Below, piece by piece: positions 1-12,005 of a stretch of 64,000 nucleotides of DNA. Within the stretch, counting starts at the first letter, position 1. Each line of letters opens with the position of its first letter. The position numbers and the translations under genes were made by a program. This DNA is from Eledone cirrhosa (lineage: Eukaryota), in the NCBI GenBank assembly GCA_964016885.1, contig OZ024741.1:282100001-282164000 (forward strand), given 5' to 3'. Below the pieces are notes generated by a model. It made no database searches and was not told the origin of the DNA. It was given only the letters and a program-made list of their open reading frames with translations.

Positions 1-376
1 TATGTTACTTTTACTGGCTCCACTACTCTTTCGTGTGGACAGCAATTTGCTCTTTTAATTCCTGCTGGAAAACATTTCAATAATTTTTATGATTTGTTTA
101 CAAAATCATAAATTTTCTTTCCTTTCCTTTACAAAAAAGAAAAAAAAAATGAATCAAATTAAAAAAAAAACGGGAAAATGTTTATATTCCCCAATGATAA
201 AATTATATTTTTTATAAAGTTTCGACGCAGATATTCTGTTCCCTAACAAACACGCGCACACACACACGCGTGCACGAGAGAGAGAGAAAGAGAGTTGATA
301 AATGAAACAAAACAAACACAGAGATACAAAAATACAAAGTCATATTAGGTTCACGCATGGAGGAAGTGGAAGAGGG

Positions 377-410
377 TTCTACGTTTCGGACGGAAGTCCT
401 TCATCAGGAA
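377..410 (-). ncRNA. Minimal type I hammerhead ribozyme motif (Penelope pLTR-type)
   Basis: Minus strand reads UUC-CUGAUGA-A-GGAC(UUCC)GUCC-GAA-ACGU-A-GAA: canonical core, 4-bp stem II, palindromic ACGU stem III, GUA cleavage triplet, 3-bp stem I. Confidence 0.8.
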
Positions 411-638
411 GTTCGGATAAGGAGAGAACAGATAGATACACGAAAGTAGTGTGTGAAAGTTAAGAAAGTAAGTGAGGAAAAAGGTGTTAGGAGGAGATTG
501 ATACGTTGGAGGTAGTGGGTGAGAGGTATGGGGGTGGGGTCCAAAGTGGAGGGTTCAGGTATGGTATGTGTGCCGAAGGAATGAAATAGCTGGTAAGTGT
601 GAGTTGCTTCAGTCTGTGTGTGTGAACACATAGGTGTC

Positions 639-1019
639 TTAGAGTCTACATTGACCACATTCCTTCGTCATCCTTGTGAATCTCAGTAATTTGGGACCAG
701 TTCTCACTAGCTCTGCCCAGGTCCTTCTTGGTCTTCCTCTACTGCAGCTTCCATCCACTGGGATTTCCTGACACTTCTTCACTCTGCAATCAATATTCAC
801 GTGCATTACACCACTTTGGATTCCTCTTAAACCCAGTTTCTTCCTCGGTTCATCCAAGCTCTGCCTTTCTCTCACACTTACATTGCACATCCAGCGAAGC
901 ATGGTTGCTTCCTTTCTCTCCAGTCTATTCATGTCCTCTGCAGCCACTGCCCATGTTTCACTACCATGCAAAATCACACTTCGCACACATGCATCATACA
1001 GTTGTCCTTTTGTTATCAA
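639..1019 (-). mobile_element. RTE-clade LINE, 3' ORF fragment
   Basis: ORF KGQLYDACVRSVILHGSETW...MLRWMCNV...RGRPRRTW matches the C-terminus of the other RTE copies in the window. Confidence 0.85.
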
Positions 1020-2059
1020 TATATTATTTAAAAAAAGAAATGTTATAAATATCAGTTTACTAATGAAAAACTTATTTATTTTATTACATCTCTAAATTTT
1101 TGGTTATTTTCAAAATTAATTGAAACAAAGAGACAGTGTATTTCATAAGAAATATTGTCATAAAAGAATTAAAGTTAGTGGAGGTGTGGAAGTTAGCACA
1201 TCCAAGAGTTTTGAAAGACGTAATACACCAGTTACCAGTGCATTCGTGTATTTGTTCTGGCTCTTTATGTTCTGTAGGTCAGTTTTGCCATTTATCCTTC
1301 TAAAGTCAATAAAATAAAGTGTTAGTCAAGTATTGGGGTCAATATAATCAACTTTCTTTTCCTCTGAATTGTTAGCTGTGTACCGAAATGAGAAACCGTT
1401 ATTATCATTCCAGGAAACTGCAGATTTTTAATGAATGGATTTTCTCATATTTCATTCCTGCATAAACACCAAGAAGATTTGTTCAAACTTTTGTTAAGGA
1501 AGTAAAGGTGTTACTCCTTTTGGAAATGTATCTGCTCACCCAGGTAGTCACCAGCTGTCAGTAATGACAGTAAAATAAAGTACATGTTCTTACCATACAA
1601 TGGATCAATGTATAAGTGTAGCTTGTTAGAGATTTTACCAATAAAAACATATTTGGACAAAATTCTTGTGACGGTGGAAGACGATGATCTTATGGAACAA
1701 AGAACTACTCAGTAACATCATGAACTCCATTATTCTGTGTAGCAACTTGATGGAAGATACATAGGGACATCATGTTAGCCAATGTTTGCCCCCCACTAAA
1801 ATAACCAACAAAAAGCGAACTCTATACTATTATCATCATCATCGTTTTTACGACTGTTTTTCCACGCTTTCATGGGTTGAATGTGTCCATCTCAGCACAA
1901 TATCTCTCCACTCAATGCATTCCTTCGTCATCCCCTCTGTGATTCTCAGTGATTTGAGATCAGCTCTCATCACCTCTGCCCAGGTCTACCCGTACTGCAG
2001 TTTCCTTCCACTGTAATTTCCTGGCACTTCTTCACCCTTTTCTATGTGGAGTAGAATAC

Positions 2060-2330
2060 AGTTTTGAAAGATTTGTGGTCCAGGGAACAGGCAAAACAGA
2101 TGCCACAGAAGATGATGTCGAAATCCTGTTAGAAGACACAAAGGGTGACTCTGGATACCAAGTTTTAACAAAAGATAAAACAGTTGATGAAATTCTCATT
2201 AGTGACAGCAGAGATAGTGAGGATAATGAAGTCAACAAACCATTGCCTAAGGAACCTCAACTCTCTTTTATATAACAATCCATAACAAAATATCATACAT
2301 TGACTAGCCAAGAGAAACTGATGTTCTGTA
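2060..2330 (+). pseudogene. Possible pogo/Tigger-type transposase C-terminal remnant
   Basis: Acidic peptide TEDDVEILLEDTKGDSGYQVLTKDKTVDEI resembles Tigger/jerky tails; judged by resemblance only. Confidence 0.3.
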
Positions 2331-2369
2331 ATATTAACCCTTTTGATACTGTACATGAGAGGAAAAGCA

Positions 2370-2650
2370 ACACCTGAATTCAATGGCAGACTAGTGTGAA
2401 GGACATAACTGAGACCATCAAGAAGAGCAAACATAGATGGGCTGGACAGGTCTCTCAATTCAGAGGCAACAGGTGGAATATCAGAGTGACAGAATGGCTA
2501 TCAAAGCAGTTGAGAAGAACGAGAGGGCAGCCAAAGAAAGGTAACGTGATGATCTGACTTGATACCTCAGCCCCGCATGGCCCCAAATGGTCAGAGATAG
2601 GAAGCAGTGGAGGTTAACTAGGAAAGGGTTTCTCCAACAGGAGTGACAAG
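2370..2650 (+). mobile_element. Degenerate LINE (RTE-like) 3' fragment
   Basis: Translates in part as RWAGQVSQFRGNRW, the WAGHV..R..D.RW motif of RTE C-termini. Confidence 0.5.
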
Positions 2651-3109
2651 GCCTTGGATTTTGGCTTTTGATACCAAACTGTCTGAAACTGCCTCTGGTT
2701 CTTTGATACAAACTTGTCTGTTTTAAAGTGCTTATATTTAGTTAAAAACCTTCCACCATAATTTTATCTTAGAACCTCTGTTAAGTTATATTTGGGGAGG
2801 GTCATGTTTTCCTAATATTGCCAAAAAATAGTAAAACACACTCACTGTTTGGTTTAGTTTTTGCTTCAGTATATTTATAAAGTTATATTCCAAATAATGA
2901 CGTCTAATTTAGGCACAAGGCCAGCAATTTGTGGGGAGGGGAATGTCAATTATATCAACTCCAGTTATTTCATCTGGGTTTGACGAAAGTCAAAGTTAAC
3001 CTAACCTCTGCAGGATTTGAACTTAAAGAACTGTAACTAAATGCTATGAAGAATTTTGTTCAATGGTCTAATGATTTTGCCAGCCCTCAAACACCAAACA
3101 CCAACTTAA

Positions 3110-3316
3110 CCCTTTAGCATTTATGTTACTCTATATTTACTATTGTATTTTCCCGGTAAACACTTTATCTCACATAATATTGAATCTATGAAATTTTTAA
3201 ATTATTTAATTTGAGAACAATACCTTAGCATAAGTATGAGTGGTCGGTTATGGCTGGTTTGAACAGAAAAGGTGAGAGAATTCTGGCTGGATACGGGCGG
3301 TTTAAATGCTAAAGGT
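3110..3316. mobile_element. piggyBac-type MITE
   Basis: TTAA|CCCTTTAGCATTT...AAATGCTAAAGG(T)|TTAA: TIRs with TTAA on both sides. Confidence 0.7.
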
Positions 3317-3329
3317 TTAATAATGGTTT

Positions 3330-3545
3330 ACTGATTTAGGCACAAGGCCAACAATTTTGGGGGCAGGGAAAGTCAATTAAATCAACCCTAGTGCATTACT
3401 GATTCTTTGTTTTATTGATCCCATAAGGATGAAAGGCAAAGCTAGCATCAACAGAATTTGATCTCAGAACATAAAGGTCTGTAACTATATGCCACAAAGC
3501 ATGTTGTCTGACACCCTACCAATACTCCCAATCCACTGCCCTACT
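3330..3545 (-). mobile_element. tRNA-related SINE (further copies ~1270-1410, 2900-3090, 5160-5345, 35520-35585, 53790-53865)
   Basis: Reverse complement matches the SINE at 58911-59097 (GGCAGTGGATTGG...TTCTGAGATCAAATTC...GCCTTTCATCCTT...GGCCTTGTGCCTAAA). Confidence 0.75.
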
Positions 3546-3967
3546 TAATAATGAGAAGGTTAGTTATATTACTAAATACCTCCAAATACTTGATTATTTT
3601 CAAAAATAAATTGAAAGTTATAAGCAGTATTTTTCATTAGAAACATAACAAAAGGGCTAAATAAGTTTGTTTACTTCCTTATTTACATAGCTTAATGCCC
3701 CCCCCCCCCCTACTCTATCATACAAACACTTTCTGCCTCTCTTTCTCTTGGCAGAGAACATAAACAATCCAACTATTCTAAGTGTCTTTCTTGACTTGAT
3801 ATACTTGATATTTTCCTGTTTACCTCCAAGAAATCACTCCCTTATACTGTAATCTTACATTCCTTCTTCACCCACAGCTAGCCTTTATTCACTAAACTAC
3901 TTCACAGAAGACATAAGATAAAATAGTTGCATGTATTTCAGAACTAAATGTAAACTAGATATTTTAA

Positions 3968-4146
3968 CCCTTTAGCATTTACATTACTCTATATATACTA
4001 TTGTATTTTCATGGTAAACATTTTACCTCTCATAATTATCTCACATAATATTGAATCTATGAGATTTTAATATTATTTATGACTGGTTTGAACAGAAAGA
4101 GGTGAGAGGATTCTGGCTGGATGCAGTTGGTTTAAATGCTTATGGG
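3968..4146. mobile_element. piggyBac-type MITE, second copy
   Basis: TTAA|CCCTTTAGCATTT...AAATGCTTATGGG|TTAA; internal sequence shared with 3110-3316. Confidence 0.7.
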
Positions 4147-4519
4147 TTAAATATGTAGTTTTTTTTTCGCTAAAGGGAATTAAGTCATGTTATATAATAT
4201 CCATTGCTTCTCCAGTGATAAATTCCTGGACAATATGGAAAAATGCTCTCCGATGTTCAAAACATCAGGCACAAGAATGAATAGAGGAAGCTTTACCCTG
4301 GAGGTTAGTGACAGAGATGCTTTGAAATAGCCAATCCAGCTTGTAGGGCTCACTCCTGTGGTTTACCTACTACACCCTAATAGCAGTGAGTAAGGAGGTG
4401 GTTTGGGTACTAATAATGCCAGGAGTCTCTACCACTAAAGGTTTTACAACTATGCTATTATGAAATTGAGGAGCCCTACCTAGTTGCTCAACACTGCTAG
4501 AAATAGCAGCCAAATTACC

Positions 4520-4705
4520 TTAAAATTTCTTTATACTATCTTTTTAAAAAAAAGGATAATGTAATCTCATACAAACTATGTCTGAAAAAATATATGGAAC
4601 AGGTATGATTGGAATATCTTACCTGTTCCATATATTTTTTCAGACATAGTTTGTATGAGATGACATTATCCTTTTTTTTTAAAAGATAGTATAAAGAGAT
4701 TTTAA
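4520..4705. repeat. Foldback inverted duplication (~85-bp arms, 14-bp spacer)
   Basis: 4520-4605 is the near-perfect reverse complement of 4620-4705. Confidence 0.85.
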
Positions 4706-6413
4706 TATCTTTAATGATAAGTCTGCTTGTTTATTGTTGATTTGAGGCTAAGCATCATCAACCATATTGCCTGCTCTAATCACAGGAATGGTTAGTGGCT
4801 TGCATCAAATTACCCCTTATTACTATATTTCTAATGAAAAATACTGTCTGTGGTTTTCTAACTATTTAAAAAATAATTTGGAGGAATTTAATAATATAAT
4901 TAATTTTCTCATTAAGTTGTCTGGGATATAACGTAACAAAAGTTTTCACATAAGATTATAATGGAAGCTTTGCGTGTATCCCATTGAAAGAAAAAAATGG
5001 TACACTGTATCCCTGTGTCATAAAAAGTGACTAAAAGTGTTGGTGTTAAGAAGAGAGTCTGGCTGTAAAACATTGTTTCAAAACATACCATCCAATGCCT
5101 GCATTGAAAAGTGGACGTAAAAATGAAGATGGCAAAGATGATAAACACTTAAAAACAACCAGCTTTGTATCATAGAAGCAAGGGTGGTTTGAGGTGATTT
5201 GGTATCAAATGTTAAACAGTTCTTTCCATATATTTTTCTCTTCCTCTCCAATCATAAAGTACCAGTAATGTACTGGGTCGATTTAATTGACTTTGCCCTC
5301 CCCCTAAAATTATTGGTCTTGTACCTAAATCAGAAACCATTATTATTACTTTTACTACCTTCAGTTTTTTGTTTAATCATTTTACTTTTATTTACATTAT
5401 TTTCCATAAATGGTAGCTGGAAATCATCCAGCTATTCTAAAAGAATATTAGTCTCCTGATTTTTTCATAGCAAGAAATTGTTCTTCCCACTCCACATAAT
5501 GATGTACTATCATTGCATATTTTTCACCCATTGCCAGAGAATGTCTTCACGTACTGTCATTATGTCTTCCTGTTTCCTTTTAATTGTAAAGTTTTTTGAA
5601 ATATTTACTTCTGCATCTACAGATTGATTTTTCAGTTTCAGAATATCCCGTATAAATAAATATATATATGCAAAAACAAAAATGAGCATTTCACACAAAT
5701 TGTCTGCACATCATCTGTGGCGTAACATACCAAGATCACATAACAAATGCAGAAATGTTCATATGCACAGAGCAGTCACATCTCTATGCTCAGGTTCTAA
5801 ACCAGCAATTGACATAGATTGGTCATCAAATCTAGCATACAATTAGTAACTTCCATTCTGAGTGTCTTCTGCTGCATCAACTATCAGGTGGTCGCTGCAA
5901 GAGACATAGACGGAAGACCACATTCCAAAGAATGGTCACAAAAGAACTGAATGCAAAGCTCACCAAGATTCAGCAAAAAGCCAATGGTACAAATGCTTGG
6001 GTAGCTTTTATTTTATCTCCCTCATGACATTATGACATTATTTTAATATGGTTTATGTATGAGCACATATTTCTCTGTGTTCTATTGTTTCATTTGAAAT
6101 AATAAATATTGATTGATTGATATATATATATTCATATGGTAAATATAGATGCAATTCAATTCAAGCACTCAACGTCATGTTACTTCTTCAAAATAAGAAT
6201 GATGGAGTATAATTAGAATGAAGTTGTAGATGTTAAAGAGTCTTTTATTAATAAAGCTATGATACATATTTCAATGCCGATCATGTTTACTTGATTATTT
6301 AAACATTTTCATGATCTCAAGGCAGTCCAAGATGTAAGAGAACAGACAGAAAAATTATGTTTTTGTTGGGATTGCCTATTCCAAGGGAACGGCCAACCTT
6401 TTCACTTAATGTT

Positions 6414-6484
6414 GCTGTTTGATGAGATCATGAAAATGGTTAAATAATCAAGTGACCATGATCGTCATTGAAATATATATCACA
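6414..6484 (+). ncRNA. Hammerhead motif (U3 core variant) interrupted by a LINE; stem I resumes at 7945-7949
   Basis: GCUGU-UUGAUGA-GAUCAUG...CAUGAUC-GUCAUU-GAA-AUAUAUAU-C-ACA[LINE]; the right flank of the LINE gives ACAGC, which pairs with GCUGU. Confidence 0.6.
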
Positions 6485-7943
6485 TGGCTTGTGAAAGCGG
6501 TACAAGCCATGTATAGGGGAGCAGTCAGCAAAGTTAGGATTGGCAATGAGTATAGCGAGGAATTTAGCGTACAGGTTGGGGTCCACCAGGGCTCTGTTCT
6601 TAGCCCTCTCCTGTTCATCATAGTCCTGCAGGCAATAACGGAGGAGTTTAAGACCGGATGCCCATGGGAACTCCTGTATGCTGATGACCTCGCACTCATA
6701 GCTGAATCTATGGTAGAACTAGAGAATAAATTCCAAACCTGGAAGCAGGGACTAGAGAGAAAGGGCCTCAAAGTCAACATGACAAAGACTAAGGTCCTTA
6801 TAAGTAGACGAGAAAACAGAACCCAGATCCCCTCAGGGAAATGGCCTTGCTCAGTATGTAGGAAAGGTGTAGGTAGGAACTCCATTCTTTGCCCCAAATG
6901 CAAACAATGGGTACACAAGAGATGTAGCGGGATCTCAGGAAGCTTAATTAAGAATGTAGGATTCACATGCAGCAGCTGTGCTGAAACAGCAAGCAAACAG
7001 CCACAGGAAACAAGTACCACCAATCTCTGGGAGGGCCCTGTAGAAACAGTAGACAGCTTCTGCTACCTAGGTGACCGAATTAGCAACGGAGGTGGGTGCT
7101 CAGAAAGTACAATAACTAGGGTAAGAACGGGATGGAAGAAGTTTAGGGAACTACTACCACTGCTAGCTGCAAAAGGCTTCTCCCTCAGAATGAAAGGCAG
7201 ACTGTATGATGCGTGTATCCGAACAGCGATGTTGCATGGTAGTGAGACCTGGGCGCTGAAGGTGGAAGACTTACGTAGATTAGAGAGAAACGAAGCCTGC
7301 ATGCTCCGATGGATGTGTAACAGTAATATACGTGAACGACAAAGCATAAATGAATTGAGAGAGAGACTGAGCATAAGAGGAATCAAATGCTGCGTGCAGG
7401 AGAGGCGGTTACGCTGGTATGGACATGTGATGCGTATGAAGGATGACAGCTGCATAAAAAGGTGCAGAGCACTAGAAGTTGATGGAAACCACGGAGTGGG
7501 GAGACCCAAGATGACTTGGGATGAGGTGATAAAAGCCGACCTTACCCAACTACACCTCTCAAAGTCAATGACACACGACCGTGACTTCTGGCGTCACGCA
7601 GTAATACAGGGTACCCGACCTCCCATGGGTACATGCTGAAGCATATAAACAATATGCCCCCCCCCCCCCCCCACCGCAAGGTGGTCGTGGAGGTGCCACG
7701 GCAAAAAAGCACCCAGCCCACACTGTAAAGTGGACGTGTAGGCGCCACGAAAAAGCACCCAGCACTCACTGTAAATGAGGTTGGTGTTAGGAAGGGCATC
7801 CAGCTGTAGAAATCAAGCCAGATCAGTTCCTGTATGAGCAAGGCATGGTCAGCCGACCAGACACTGCCCACAACAGGACAACCCGTCTAACCCATGCTAG
7901 CGTGGAAGAACGGACGTAAAACGGTGATGATGATGATGATGAT
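6484..7943 (+). mobile_element. 5'-truncated RTE LINE with (GAT)n tail and ATCACA target duplication
   Basis: ORF 6452-7639 has GVHQGSVLSP, YADD and a CxxC..CxxC..HxxC zinc finger; 3'UTR then GAT repeats; ATCACA at 6479-6484 and 7942-7947. Confidence 0.95.
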
Positions 7944-8023
7944 CACAGCTTTATTAATAAAGGAGTCTTTAACATCTACAACTTTGCATTTCCCTCATTC
8001 TATATATATACATGTATATATAC

Positions 8024-10736
8024 AACCACCTCATCACCTATAGATCAGGGGAGCATTCTAGTCAGATAGACGTGACAGATGGATGGTCGTAAACACAAAA
8101 GCCTTCCCTAGTGAGGAATGTACCTCCCAACATAGCTCAGTTGTCAGCGACCTCACGCTCAGAACTAGACGATCCTGGAAACAGATGCCAAACTGGAGAA
8201 GAAAGATCTGGAAGCTGAAAGACCCCCTCAGCCAGTAACAGATTTAAAGATTTTTACTCAATGCCTACGACAGTAAAGAAGAACAGATAGAGACATTCAA
8301 TGTAGAAGAGAACTGGGAGTTCCTAAAAAATAACTTACTAGAGGCGACGGATGAGATCTGTGGCTGGAGTAAAACCACAAGCAGGAGGAGAGAGACATGG
8401 TGGTGGAACAATAAGGTAGATGAGGCAGTTAAGGCCAAGAGACAGGCATGGAAAGAATGGAAGAACGGGAGAAGCAGGGTACATTACATAGAGACCAAGA
8501 GGGAAGCTAGGCGACAAGTATACTTAGCTAGGAGGGAAGCAGAGGATAGAAAATTCAAGCATGTTTTGCAGCTTGAGGACCAGAAACAGGAGGTGTTCAA
8601 GATTGCGAGGCAGTGTGTCAGAGAGAATTGTGATGTCATTGGGGAGAAGTGTATCCAGAATGATAAAGGTGAGCTTGCCCTCACAAGTGCTGAGAAGAAA
8701 GATGCATGGAAGAGCCATTATGATAGATTACTAAATGAGGAGAATGCATGGGAAGAAGAGACCCTACCCCAAGTAGACCCTATAGAGGAGCCAGCAGTAC
8801 AAGTCAGCAGCAGCGTAGTAAGTAAGGCAATCAAAGATATGAAGATGGGGAAGGCAACCGGTCCATCGGGTATAGCTGCCGAGATGCTGAAGGCATCTGG
8901 GTCTGTATGTCACACTATAACCACACACATTGTTAACCAGGTAATACTAGAAGGTGTCATACCAAAAGATTGGTGCAGTAGCATCATTGTCAACTGCTAC
9001 AAAGGTAAAGGTGATGCACTAGATAGAGGAAACTATAGAGGTATAAAGCTGATGGACCAGGTCATGAAAGTAACAGAAAGAGTTATAGCACAGTTGGTTA
9101 GGGACCGGGTGAAACTAGATGAGATGCAACTTGGGTTTGTACCAGGAAGAGGCACCACTGATGCCCTCTTCATTGTGAGGCAGTTACAGAAAAAGTACCT
9201 AGCTAAAAGTAAGCCACTCTACCTGGCATTCGTCGATCTCGAGAAAGCCTTTGACAGAGTTCCACGTGCTATAATCTGGTGGGCTCTTAGAAAACTAGGA
9301 GTAGATGAATGGCTTGTGAAAGCTGTACAAGCCATGTATAGGGGAGCAGTCAGCAAAGTTAGGATTAGCAATGAGTATAGCGAGGAATTTAGCGTACAGG
9401 TTGGTGTCCACCAGGGCTCTGTTCTTAGCCCTCTCCTGTTCATCATAGTCCTGCAGGCAACAATGGAGGAGTTTAAGACCGGATGCCTATGGGAACTCCT
9501 GTATGCAGATGACCTCGCACTTATAGCTGAATCTATGGTAGAACTAGAGAAGAAATTCCAAACTTGGAAGCAGGGACTAGAAAGAAAGGGTCTCAAAGTC
9601 AACATGACAAAGACTAAGGTCCTTGAAAGTAGATGAGAAAACAGAACCCAGATCCCCTCAGGGAAATGGCCTTGCTCAGTATGTAGGAAAGGTGTAGGTA
9701 GGAACTCCATTCTCTGCCCCAAATGCAAACAATGGGTACACAAGAGATGTAGCGGGATCTCAGGAAGCTTAATTAAGAATGTAGGCTTCACATGTAGCAG
9801 CTGTGCTGGGACAGCAAGCAGCAAACAGCCACAGGAAACAAGTACCACCAATCTCTGGGTGGGCTCTGTAGAAACAGTAGATAGCTTCTGCTACCTAGGT
9901 GACCGAATTAGCAGCGGAGGTGGGTGTTCAGAAAGTACAATAACTAGGGTAAGAATGGGATGGAAGAAGTTCAAGGAACTACTGCCACTGCTAGCTGCAA
10001 AAGGCTTTTCCCTCAAAATGAAAGGCAGACTGTATGATGCGTGTATACAAACAGCAATGTTACATGGTAGTGAGACCTGGGCGCTGAAGGTGGAAGACTT
10101 ACGTAGATTAGAAAGAAAGGAAGCTTGCATGTTCCGATGGATGTGTAATAGTAATATACGCGAACAGCAAAGCATAAATGAATTGAGAGAGAGACTGAGC
10201 ATAAGAGGAATCAAATGCTGTGTGCAGGAGAGGCGGTTGCGTTGGTATGTGATGTTTATGAAGGATGACAGCTGCATAAAAAGGTGCAAAGCACTAGAAG
10301 ACCCAAGAAGACCTGGGATGAGGTGATAAAAGCCGACCTTACTCAATTACACCTCTCAAAGGCGATGACACACGACCGTGACCTCTGGCATCACGCAGTA
10401 ATACAGAGTACCCGACCTCCCATGGGTACAAGCTGAAGCATATAGACAATATGCCCCCACACCCTCCCACTGCAAGGTGGTCGTGGAGGTGCCACGGCAA
10501 AAAAGCATCCAGCCAACACTGTAAAGTGGACATGTAGGCTCCACGGAAAAAAAAGCACCCAGCACTCACTGTAAATGAGATTGGTGTTAGGAAGGGCATC
10601 CAGCTGTAGAAATCAGTTCCTGTATGAGCAAGGCATGGTCAGCCGACCAGACACTGCCTATAACAGGACAGCCCGTCTAACCCATGCTAGCATGGAAGAA
10701 CGGACATAAAACGGTCATGATGATGATGATGATGAT
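8024..10736 (+). mobile_element. RTE LINE, 5'-truncated, interrupted ORF
   Basis: ORFs 8566-9636 and 9859-10326: KGKGDALDRGNYRGI, FVDLEKAFD, QGSVLSP, YADD; same 3'UTR and (GAT)n tail. Confidence 0.95.
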
Positions 10737-10807
10737 ATATATATATATACATATACATATATATATATATATATATACATGTATATATATATATATGTAT
10801 ATATGTA

Positions 10808-11545
10808 TCATCATCGTGTCATGTCCATTTTTCCACACTAGCATGGTGTAGACAAGTTGTCCTGTTGTGGGCAATGCCAGGTCAGGTGACCATGTCTTGC
10901 TCATACAGAACTGAATCTGGCTTGATTTCTACAGCTGGGTGCCCTTCCTAACACCAACCTCATTTACAGTGAGTACTGGGTGCTTTTTACCATGGTGCCT
11001 ACATGACCACTTTACAGTGTGGTCTGGGTGCTTTTTGTCATGGCACCTACACGACCACTCTACAGTGGGCGGGGGTGGCATACTGTGTATATGCTTCAGC
11101 CTCAGCTTGTACCTGTGGGAAGTCGGTTCTTCTGTATTACTGCGTAACGCCAGAGGTCTCGGCCTTGTGTCATCACCTTTGAGAGGTGTAATTGGGCAAG
11201 ATCAGCTTTTAGCACCTCATCCTAAGTCTTCTTGGGTCTCCCCGCTCCAAGGCTTCCATTGACTTTTAGCACTCTGCACCTTTTTATGCAGCTATCATCC
11301 TTCATATACATCACATGTCCATATCAATGTAATCTCCTCTCCTGCATACACCATTTGATTCCTAGTCTATCTTTCAATTTGTTTCTGCTTTGCTGTTCAT
11401 GTATATTACTATTACAACATCCATCAGAGCCTGCAAGCTACATTTTTTTCCAATCTACACAAATCTTCTGCACACAACACCCAGGTCTCACTACCATGCA
11501 ATATTGCTGTTTGTATGCATGCATCATATAGTCTGCCTTTCAGAC
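10808..11545 (-). mobile_element. RTE LINE 3' fragment
   Basis: (CAT)n tail, 3'UTR motif GGATGCCCTTCCTAACACC and the C-terminal coding remnant on the minus strand. Confidence 0.85.
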
Positions 11546-11661
11546 TGTATGTATATATATAATAAAAACACCAGGATTTTTTCATTCTGACGACTGAAAG
11601 CAGATTTATTTGCTTTCAAGAAACCACTGGTAAATGAAATAATCATCTTATGTTGTATATT

Positions 11662-11699
<38 letters not shown>

Positions 11700-11708
<9 letters not shown>

Positions 11709-12005
11709 TGTATGTATAGTATATTTGGCAACATACCATATGTTTAATTAAAAACATTTAGAAGACCATAGGCTATCAGTTTTAAAGTAGTGACTATGTG
11801 ACTTACTTCTTTTCAGCAAAAGAAGGGAGAGAAGCTAAGTCTGTTTCACGCTGGCTGGTGATCTTCAGAGCCATGTACTCCCCTACTTTCGCTGAAAATT
11901 ATAGAAGCTGGATTCTTATAGAATTCCAGTAATAATCAAGAGTTGATTATACAGAGCGATTGCAGGTCCAGCAAAAATTAGGTATTAGGATTGGTGCTCT
12001 GAATT
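11700..12005 (-). mobile_element. ~300-bp hammerhead-containing unit, a diverged homologue of the 38.5-39.7 kb repeat
   Basis: Collinear similarity to the 320-bp unit; hammerhead at 11833-11872 reads GGCU-CUGAAGA...GAAA...U-U-AGCU with a long outer helix (11810-11898). Confidence 0.75.

Noticed and set aside
6448-7509. Recurrent antisense ORFs over the RTE copies
   Set aside because: Shadows of the RT frame that recur only because the copies are near-identical; no recognisable motifs.
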